Position numbers and translations under genes: made by a program. A DNA stretch of 64,000 nucleotides from Mobula hypostoma (Eukaryota), in assembly GCF_963921235.1 (NCBI RefSeq), contig NC_086108.1, positions 93,436,001 to 93,500,000 on the forward strand, given 5' to 3'. The notes under the pieces are model-generated. The model saw only the letters and a list, made by a program, of their open reading frames with translations. It made no database searches and was not told where the DNA came from. Shown in pieces: positions 51,560 through 61,640 of the stretch (position 1 is the stretch's first letter; every line of letters starts with the position of its first letter).

Positions 51560-52330
51560 CACTCGGACGTTGACGTACTCAAAAATTTTCCACTGGATTA
51601 GAAAAAAATCTCAGCAGCCCACCCCTCAAATGCCAATGCAACCCGATCCCTCTCCCTTCACCTGTTACGGCTGCACCAGATTTCTGCCCCGGGCGGGGGG
51701 AGGAGGGAGCGGCGCTCGGCCAATCGGCTGCCCGAGCTGAGGTCACGCGGGGGCGAGGCGGGCGCTGGGCAAGTGGTGAAGGTAAACGGCGGCGGATGAG
51801 AGTTTTTCCTCCCCCTCCCCCGAGCAGCGACCAAGTGGCGAGACGTCAAGCGCTGCCTTTTGCAGCCTTGAAAGGATTCCGTAAAACAAAAGGGCGATGA
51901 CAACCAAAACATTAGCGGGATCTAACCCCAGCTCGGTGAAGCGGGTGAGTGTTGATTTCTGCTGGCGGCGGGGGTACAGCTCGGCTCGGTTGTCCCGACC
52001 CCCAGGAGGGGATTTTCCCTTCCGCGCCGCGAACCGGGAGACTGGGATCCCTCCTGGAAGTGGTGGCGACGCGATTTGGAGCGGTGTGCTCGCCCTGCTG
52101 GTGTGAAGCAGAGAAAGTGACCGTTACTCGAGGCTCGTGGTGCGCGGCGCGGAGCGGAGCGGAGCCCAGCCCGGCGGGCGGCGTGCTCTCCTTCCGGTGG
52201 GCTTGCGGCGGCGGTGCGGGTTCCTACAGCGCTGGACCCTCTAACTCAACACCGGACCAACGCCTCCTCCTCCCCCCCCCCAACTTCCCTTCCACAACTC
52301 TCTACATCGGCGTCTACAACATTTCCGCCC
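51560..52330. promoter_or_regulatory. CpG island / promoter of ARHGAP29
   Basis: CpG-rich, with CCAAT at 51720-51724, GC-box-like ggggcgaggcgggcg near 51749-51764 and a strong splice donor at 51945. Boundaries approximate. Confidence 0.8.
51760..51944 (+). other. ARHGAP29: Probable non-coding first exon (5' UTR) of ARHGAP29; start approximate
   Basis: Consensus donor CGG|GTGAGT at 51944/51945 downstream of CCAAT/GC boxes. The next acceptor is ttctcttcatag| at 54195/54196. Confidence 0.55.
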
Positions 52331-52940
52331 CCTCACCACCACCACCTCCTTCCTTCCACAACTCTACACCAGCGCTTCAGCAGCCCTCCTCCCTAACTCT
52401 GTGCACCGGAGCGGCTGTAACACCCCCATCTCCCTTGCAAACCCTACACCGGCGCTTCCAAAAGTTCCAACAACTACCCCCACCCCCCCCCACCTTCCAC
52501 AACTCTACACCGGCGCCTTCAACAGTCCTCTTCCCCAACACCCCCATCTCTCTTGCAAACTATACACTGGCGGCCCCCCCCCCCACTTTCCTTCCACAAC
52601 TACCGGTGCCTTCGACAACCCTGTTCCCCAACACTGTGCATCTCCCTTGCAAAGTCTGTACATCGTGCCTCCAGCAGTCCTCTTCCCCTATTCTGTGCAC
52701 CAGTGCCTCCAATACCCCCCTCCTGTCTTCCTCAGCTCTGTGACTGTCGCCTCCAACACCAGCACCCTCCCCAACTCTGCACCTGCGCCTCCAACACCGC
52801 ACCCACACCTCCCTTCCCCAACTCGGTGCATATACAACTCCAACACCAAATTGCCACTTCCCTAAATCGGTGCTGGTGCTCCTCCCATTGCAGCAACTTT
52901 TCTTGACGTCCCCCCCCCCCCAGCCAATTCTCTGCACCAT
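52240..52940. repeat. C-rich degenerate minisatellite in ARHGAP29 intron 1
   Basis: Recurrent ccacaactct(c)tacaccggcg and tcccttgcaaa units with strong C skew. Confidence 0.7.
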
Positions 52941-54282
52941 GATACTGAACTCTTAGAGTGAGGTAGATCCCTTGCACACTTTATCTTTTAGGACCATTGT
53001 CCACTTCATCACTGTCAGCCCCTTATTTCTCTTGTCTTCCATGTTTGATCTGAGAATGCAATGGAGCTTTTGCTGCTTGGGCCACTCGTAATGTTTTATC
53101 GTCAAATTGTCCAGAAGGTGTGTCAGCAACAATAGTCAGATGAACTGGGCGTAGGTTATCTAATTAAGGAATGCAAGTATTCACTGCACAGATTACATGT
53201 ATCATGAGTAGAGTTTTTCACTAGGTGCTTTTAAAAAAAACCTGGTCTACGCTTGTTCCTGCCATTTTGACCCAGTTTATCTTTTGTTGCATACTAGCAA
53301 AGAAAATTGTTCGTATGGTTGTCACAAACATTTGATTTCTAAAGCAGCTTTCTTTTCAGAAATTTGACTGTAATGTAATTTATCAACCTGTTTTTATGAA
53401 TAATACAAGTTTTGTCTATTAAACTTGTGAGGCAATACTGGTAAAACGTGCTCTGTAAAAGCTGAAGTTTACTAATCTATGTTCTCAGCACAAAACAGGA
53501 AAGTCTCTTGCAACAGATTATTATGTTGATGTGGGTTACCACTTCAGAAAGAAAGAGTTGAAGGTTATGCTATTTCTATGAGGTATTTTTCTGCATCAAT
53601 TTAAATGAGTTTCACATGTTCTCTTTACATTGTTTTTATAATCTGCTTTGGTTTTCCTCCATTCCATGTTACAGAAATGTAGATAAATCCATTGACTCTC
53701 ACACTTGTATGTAAATTATTTCTCAGATAATGGTTTAATCTTAATTCTGGTGACTGTAGCAGTACTGTATTTTGCCTTTGGGGACAAAATGGGTAATAGG
53801 TGGGAATTTGGGTCTATTGGGACTTTCAGCTTTGCTCCCTTTTGCGAAATGATCGAAAAGATTGTGCTGTTGAATATCTTTTAGAGCATCCAGAGAATGG
53901 CAGGTAGTGTAGCTGACAGGTGACTTGAATCATTAATTTAAGCAACAAGACTGTTGTGCTGAAACTCACTCAAAGATTTATGAATAACATTTTAATGAAG
54001 CAATTATGTGTGAGAGAAAATAATTTCAACTCCTATTTGATAATTTTTATTTGTGTTTTTGCCATGTTTTGCAACTATATGACTACAAGGTATGGTTTGG
54101 ATCATGTTGGGATTCAATGAAACTAACTTCCCAATAAAATGTTTTGAGGTTATCTTCAGTACATTACTAAATGTTTTTTTCTATTCTCTTCATAGGGTCT
54201 GTCGTCCTAAACTTTTGCAAATGGTCTTTTAGCCCGGACTTCAGATCATACTGAGAAATTTGCAAGCATCGCAACAGCTGGG

Positions 54283-54541
54283 ATGTTGCGACAGACTGGA
54301 AGTAATAAACGTGGTTTAGGTTTCTCCCGTTTATCCAGTTCAAATTTCTTTGTGTTGCCCAGCTCAGGAAACTGGAGTATGGGCCGAAGTGTCAAGAGTG
54401 GTTCTGTCAGCAGCATCAGCTCTAACTCAGACTGTTATGACAATCCAGTTGTGGATCCAGAATACATAATGCAGTTGGTGAATGATGTCAGGAAGTTTGC
54501 AGATGTACTGGAGCATTTGAAAGAAGCCTTTCTTTCAGGAG
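54283..54541 (+). CDS. ARHGAP29: ARHGAP29 (Rho GTPase-activating protein 29) first coding exon; full exon 54196-54541
   Basis: ...SISSNSDCYDNPVVDPEYIMQLVNDVRKFADVLEHLKEAFLS resembles recalled human SLSSNSIFDPDYIKELVNDIRKFSHMLLYLKEAIFS. In-frame TAA upstream (54208-54210), phase-1 donor G|gtaggt. Head-to-head with ABCD3, as recalled for human 1p22. Confidence 0.88.
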
Positions 54542-55074
54542 GTAGGTTATTTATTTAATGTTCATCCGTGAATTTCCTGTGAATAAGCTTGCTTTAATGA
54601 TTTGAAGCAAGCAGTATAGAAATAGTGACAACTTTGGAAGTAGCAACTCAACCAAAGCCAAAATACTGCTTAAGTTGTTACTTGTGTTCTTGTACAGAGA
54701 AACCTTTCCCTAAAGCAAAATGTTCCTTTAGCCTTGTAGATGCTTTGATCATTCAACTTGTCACCATTCATAAAATTAACTCGTTATTTGTTCAATCCCT
54801 GGATATGGGCTTTACTGAAAGAGTCACATTCCTAGATGCCTTGAGAAGGAGGGGTTTTGAACCACAGAAGTTTCTTAAGTGGTGAAGGTGGCTCCCACTG
54901 TGTTGTTGCCAAGAAATTTTGAGGTATTTTGTTCAGCAGTGATTGAAGAATGCTGATTAAATGTTCAGATCTGAATGGTATGGGTTTTGGGAGCCAGAGC
55001 ACCATTTGTGTATGTTTTAAAATGTAATGGATGTTGTGAACTTTGACTGCGTTACCCGAATAATGTGCAGTATA

Positions 55075-56406
55075 CAGGTGTCCCCCGCTTTTCGAACATT
55101 CGCTTAACGGAACCTCACTGTTACAAAAGACCTACATTAGTTCCCTGTTTTCGCTAACAGAAGGTGTTTTCACCGTTACGAAAGAAGGCAGCACGCGCCC
55201 CGAGCAGCCGCTCACCCCCGGATTCGGAACGGCATTCTCGCCGGCATTGCTTAAACACGTTCCTGTGAGCAGCCGTTTGTAAGATGAGTTCTAAGGTATC
55301 GGAAAAGCCTAAAAGAGCTCGTAAGGGTGTTACACTTAGTGTAAAACTAGACATAATAAAGCGTTTTGATCGTGGTGAACGAAGTAAGGACAAATTGAGT
55401 TTGGCTTGTGGAAGTTGACGAAGATGATGTTGAAGAGGTTTTGACATCCCATGACCAAGAACTGATAGATGAAGAGCTGATGCAATTGGAAGAGGAAAGG
55501 ATAACAATCGAAACCGAATGCAGTAACGAACGGGCCGCGGACAGATACCGATTTGCGGAGAATGCAGCGGTGACTGGAACGCACTCAGCACATCTTTAAG
55601 AAAAAAACCGAAATAAACATGCTAATTAATTAGGTGCCGCCCGGCACATAATTGTCAGCCCAAATCAGAGGCGACGCAATCGCCTCTGATCTGGGCCAAC
55701 ATTTACGTGCCGGGTGGCACCTAATTAATTAGCTTGTTTATTTCGGCTTTTTTCTTAAAGATGTGCTGGATGCGTCCCGGCCACCGCTGCACCCCTGCAT
55801 GCTTTGCGAATCGGTATCGGTCGGCAGCCCGGAGGGTGGGGGCCACTGCACCACCCAAACTCTGACGACTCAGTCTAAGACACCATCATCAGTGTGCTTG
55901 GCAAGCTGTCTTCCCAATTCCCGTAAATGATACTACACTGTACATACATTATTTCTACTTTATATCGGCTGTATATTTTTACATGTTATTTGGTATGATT
56001 TGGCAGCTTCATAGCTTAAAGGTTACTGGAGAGCGCTTGAGTGAGATTTTCTGCCGAGAGCACTTGCACCGTGTTTGTGCCGATGGCACTTGCGCCGTGA
56101 TTTTGCCAACAGCACTTGCGTGAGATTTTCGCTACGGTGGACAGTGCGGCCATGATTGTGGAAAAGTATTTCTACTTTATATAGACCGTGTATTTATCAT
56201 ATCATATTCCTCCTTTTACTACATGTTACTGTTATTTTAGGTTTTATGTGTTATTTGGCATGATTTGGTAGGTTATTTTTGGGTCTGCGAATGCTCACAA
56301 ATTTTTCCCATATAAATAAATGGTAATTGCTTCTTCGCTTTACGACATTCCGGCTTACGAACCGTTTCATAGGAACGCTGTACCTTCGGATGGTACGGGA
56401 AACCTG
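55075..56406 (+). mobile_element. Internally deleted Tigger/pogo DNA transposon
   Basis: TA-flanked TIRs caggtgtcccccg / cgggaaacctg. Transposase N-terminal remnant from 55284 (MSSKVSEKPKRARKGVTLSVKLDIIKRFDRGERSKD) and C-terminal EVDEDDVEEVLTSHDQELIDEELMQLEEE. Confidence 0.85.
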
Positions 56407-56539
56407 TATTTCAATTCAGTAATATGAGTGAAAAGAGCAGAAAAGAATACAGGTGAATGAATAGCTTTTGTTTTTGGTGATTTTAAAGTTGAGATCCCAT
56501 TCATTTGGGTAATGGAAATCGTCGTTGCATACTTGTGTG

Positions 56540-57450
56540 CAGAGATTGTGCAATACTTGAAATAGATCATCTTTCCCATTTTGGGCAACCGCTGTCAATT
56601 CCTTCCTGTCCCTTAACTCACTTCTTAACACACCAAACTGTGTTTCCACCATGTTTGTCGTATAAAATTGATATAGACTTCCTCTCTTACCTAGTTCCAG
56701 GCCTCTGATCCTTGACAGAGGACACTCTCCTGCCCAATTCTCCTGTGGTCCCATATCCCACTGCATCCCTGTCACCACTCCTGACTTTTCTCTTTCCCCT
56801 CTCTCCTTTTCCCCACTTCTGATTCCAAGCTTCAGTCCAGCTCCAACCCTTGCTATCTCTTTACTATCCCTGCCTGCCTGTGATGCTGAACAGTCAATCC
56901 TCAGCAAAGACTTCCCTTTTAGATCTTTGTGACCGTACCTCCTGCAAATTGGTGAAACCAAGAGTGAACTAGGCAGCTGTTTTGGAGAGCACCTGTACCC
57001 TATCCATAACGGCCATCTTGACATTCCAGTTGTTGGTTTGTTGGAAGTTGTTTTAACATTTTCTCACACCTGTACCAACCTGTTTGTCTTCTGCCACAGA
57101 GTTCGAGGATAGATGGGAAGAACAACATCTTGTATTTGTCTCAGGTAGCTTGCAGTTACCTGAAATCAGAAAATTTGCATCCCTGTAGTCCCCTTCCCCA
57201 CACACTCAATTATCCACCAGATTTTCTTCTCCCTTTGTTCACTTTTCCCATCCTTTCTGCTCATCTTGTTCTATCGGCCCATCTTCCCTTCTCCATCTCA
57301 TTCCATCGATCACCTACTATTCTGTACTCCACCCCACCTATGTACTGGCCATCTTTCCTGGTGCAGAGCCTTGACCTGAAAAGTCAGATTACACCCTTTG
57401 CTTCCATAGATGTTGCTTGACCTGTTGAGTTCCTCCAACATCCTGTTTTG
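56540..57450 (+). mobile_element. Old Penelope-like remnant
   Basis: attggtgaaaccaag...tttggagagcacct (IGET...EHL), gaacaacatcttgtatt and ccatagatgttgcttgacctg. Confidence 0.65.
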
Positions 57451-58727
57451 TTCCAAGTATAAAGGTTTGTTTGGTGTCGTGATTTTTTAAATTAAAATTC
57501 CTATACCCATTAAAATAAGCAGGTAATAGTAATGCCAAACATCATAATTTTGCAATAAGGAATTGCAAAACATCAACTTTAAAGAAATAATAAAAATAAT
57601 TTAGCACTCCCATCTTCCCCCCTCCCCACCCCCTACTTTTACTGCTATTGCTTTCCTCTTTCTTATTTCTGGTGATCATTAACATGTTTAACAGTTTCTT
57701 TCCATAACTGCTGCTTGCAAGATTGTTTCCAACATATTCTGTTTTTATTTCTAATTGCCAGCATCTGCAGTTTTTTGATTTCCAGAAATCCCCTAGTTTC
57801 CCAGTAAATATAACATAATAACTGAGATTGGATAGCCCTGGGGAGAGTTGATCATGGTGTTCATTTATCGTGTCTACAAGAAAAGAATCTTTCTTTTTTG
57901 CTATTATATCACTCTTTCCAGCAAGCTTTCCAACCATGAACTAAACTACCTCTTCTGAATCGTACAGAATGCCTTATGCGTTTGTAGGTTCTTCCACTCT
58001 TCCCCAATGCTGTTTCTTGACTTCGAATTTAAATATCTATATTTTTGCTTCTGCTCTGACGCTGGTTTAGTGTACACAAGCAGGTATTATATATGTAATC
58101 TCAGCAGTGGGTGTTTAACTTATCTATATTTCAGCAGAATAGGAATGCAAAATTTGCCCTTGGTTGTGTATTTAATGAGTTTGCTCACCTAGTTCTCTTG
58201 GGAAATTAATGATACTATAAAATATCCAAAAGCCTGTGTGGCGTAACATAGAATTGTTCTGCCACAATGGTACCATTTAGCCCATCAAATGTATGTCACT
58301 TGTTTCAAAGCAATCTGTTCAGATCCATTCCTTGCTATTTTCCTATAACCCTTCAAGCTGATTTCCCCCACTGCCTGCCAAACCAGTTCCCATTTGAAAG
58401 TATTGAAATTTGAAAGATTGGCAATATTGGCGCCACACTTAATCAGTAAGTTTTAGATCAATATTGCTTTGCATTCTTAAAATGGTTTTTGCTTGCGTTC
58501 TCCCTGCAGTTTTTCACTACTTTCCAAATCCTTGGATTACTGGCTAAACTTCACATGATCTTGTATAGCACCATCAAATAACCTTCCAGTTTATTTGCTA
58601 AAATTGAAGCAATTCTGGTTTCTTCAGCTTCAGTTTTTATCTAGAATATCTCAAATCTGGTACTAAATCTCATAAATCCATTTTTATTACCCTCTAAGGC
58701 ATTCATGTAATTCTGAAAGTCAAAGCA

Positions 58728-58950
58728 AGACACACAAAATACTGATGGAACTCAGCAAATCGGGCAGCATCCATGGAAATGAATAAACAGTCAACATTTC
58801 AGGCCAAAACCTTCCATCAGGACTGGAAAGGAAGTTGGGGAAGAAGCCAGAATAAGAAGGTGGGGGGGGGGAAGAGGACAAATTAGAAGATGATAGGTGA
58901 AACCGGGGTGGGGTGAAGTAAGAAACTGGAAGGCAATATGTTAAAAAGGT
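58728..58950 (-). mobile_element. Old Penelope-like 3' remnant
   Basis: cagtcaacatttcaggccaaaaccttccatcaggactgg is an antisense degenerate hammerhead. Confidence 0.7.
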
Positions 58951-60534
58951 TGAGGAAATAATTCTGGAACCTTATGAACACTGAGAAAGAAAGGAAGAGT
59001 GTAGATTTTTGACAGATTATAAGAAATCTTGACAGGTTAGAAATGAATAGATTGTAGATAAAATTAAGGATTATGAATTTTATTTTAATATTTGCTGAAC
59101 TAATTTAAAGCAAAGTATAAATCATAAACCTCTCCCTAGGTAATTGTTACATTCATTCAAAACATAACCTGTTTTTTCCTCTTGATCTCTGATGCTGTGC
59201 ATTTCCTGGTTAAAAATATGTTCTGCTTTCTTAAATTACTGGCACAGAACACAAAGATGATTACACTTCTTCCCATGTAGTAGGATTCATAACAAATGTT
59301 ACAAATGTCACAATGCCACAGTAGTACAGTTAAGAGCTATTGTCTTGCAGCTGCAGTGCTGAAGTCTGGTGTGTGTGTGTAGTTTGCATGTTCTTCCTGT
59401 GACTGCTTGAGCTTCTTGTAGGTGTTCTGGTTAACTTCTACATTCCAAAAATATGCCTGTGTAAATAGTCCCTACCGTGTAGCATGTGGTAGAATATATT
59501 GGGATTAATATAGTATTGGTGTATATGTTTGCTTGATGTGAACTTGGATAGGCTAGAGTTGTGTAATTCTTATGAACACTCTTTTGGGAATGCTTCATTA
59601 TGGTCTGTGTCATTTCAGAATTGTTTCAACAATCGTGTTATTATCTGTAAAATTGCATCCCTCTGTAGAGCACATCAGCTAAGTCTTTGCATTCCTGTTT
59701 ACTCCCCATGGTACACAATTGGAATTCCAAAGAAGTGTTTTAATTGCTTTGTTCCTGATTCAATTCCTGACTGCTGTGTTGTTGCTTCACTGTCATCTGG
59801 GTGTTTTTAGCATATCTTAGGTAATGTTAATTACTTTTTAATATTACTTCAAAGTTGAAATGTTTTAAAGCTTTACCTCTGCATATTTAATTGCCTTAGT
59901 TCTCTGGTGTTCTCATTTGTAAACTCCTTTCAGAGAATTAACCACATTGACAGGTTCTTCACAGCAACACAGAAGTTCAGATAATACAATATGTAATAGA
60001 ATTTATATTGTTGTATTCCATTCTGCCCATTGAATCTTTGCTGCATCCCAGGGCAATCACATTTAGCCATTTTCCCCTTGTTTCCCTGTGACCTTCCTGA
60101 TTCTGACTATCTGTATACACCAGGGTTAACTTAACAGTGGTTAATTAATCTACCATTGCATCTTTGGAATGTGGCGGGGGGGAAGCTATAGCTTCCTGGG
60201 AAAACCTATGTGGTCACAGTGAGAATGTGCAAATTTTAAACCTTTTGCCAAATGATTATTATGAGCCTATTACAGCTCGGGGTGTTCAAGTGTTCAATTT
60301 TGGTGCTGTCTACAAGGAGTTTGCACATTCTCTGAACCATGTGGGTTTCCTCCAGGTGCTCTGGTCTCTTCCCACAATCCAAAGATAGGTTGATTGATCA
60401 TTGTAAATTGTTCTGTGATTAAGCTAGAGTTAAATAGGTGGGCAACAAGGTGGTGCTGTATCTCAAAATAAATTAGCATTTTGACTTTTTGTATCACTTT
60501 GTAAGATCTTACTGTGCTACTAGCTTTACCTGTG

Positions 60535-61030
60535 CTGATGTAATTGTACAGTGGAGAGCATTCTAACTGGCTGCATCACCGTCTGGTATGGGGGAGGAGG
60601 GGGGAGACACTGCACAGGATCGAAATAAGGTGCCTAAAGTTGTAAACTCAGTCAGCTTCATCATGGGCACTAGTCTCCCCAGCATCCAGGATATCTTCAA
60701 GGAACAATACCGCCTAAAGGCTGTATCCACCATTAAGGAATCCAGTCACCCAGGACATGCCCTTTTCTCATTGATGCCATCAGGGAGGAGGTGCAGGAGC
60801 CTGAAGGCACACATTCAATGATTCAGGAATAGCTTCTTCTCTGCCATCAGATTTTTGAATAGATATTGAACCTATGAATACCACCCTTCTGCTTTTTTTT
60901 CCTCTTTTTGAACTACATGTTTAATTTAACACACATATACATATTCTGTAATATATCATTATTTATGCAGTGTACTGCTGTAATATAACAACAAATTTCA
61001 TGGCATATGCCAGGGGTAATAATTCTGATT
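60535..61030 (+). mobile_element. Rex/Babar-like 3' fragment
   Basis: gagagcattctaactggctgcatcacc...SHPGHALFSLMPSGRR. Confidence 0.8.
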
Positions 61031-61640
61031 CACAGTATTTGGTTTTGTGGTGTTTTGGAATGCCTAGATCTGTCACTTGTATAGTTTCTATGTTGAAGCT
61101 TATGCTTTTGAAAAATATATTCTTGGGATTTGGAAGAACTTCATTTAATAAGCATTTGTTATTAACTTGTAGAATGTAGTTGGGGACTTTTGACGATATA
61201 TTATTGCAGTGTTCTTCCACTATGCCTTTCCACGATTTTGACATGGAGAAAATGAAGTATCTACATCGCAATACTAATCCCACAATATCAGACAGACCTC
61301 CACAGCAGTTTTGTGGGTTGTCCAAAGAGTCTGGGTCTTGATGCTTTGTTTCCCTCTTGGCTATTCCCACATCTCAGATCAATTGTTTGAGGAAGGGCCC
61401 TAGCCATGATCTGTACTAATTTACATAATGCACAAAAGTACTTCTGTGTAACAGAGTTTAAGGTTAATTTTGCTTTATGTGGCAAAACTTTGAAATTTAT
61501 AGTATTTAATTTGTCACATTTTTCATGTTCATCACCAGTAATGTTGCACTTGGTAGTGCCAAAATGTTAAAAATCAGTTAATATTTTAGATAATTTTACT
61601 AAATTAAATATTATAGGAACATAAACATAGTTTGGCCAAA

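Noticed and set aside
51949..52977. Long Pro-rich and Gly-rich ORFs (264, 154, 117 and 126 aa)
   Set aside because: Open in several frames because the C-rich low-complexity tract lacks stop codons. No recognisable domain, and they lie after a splice donor.
56416..57024. 202-aa minus-strand ORF
   Set aside because: Antisense to a decayed Penelope-like remnant; no coding signature.
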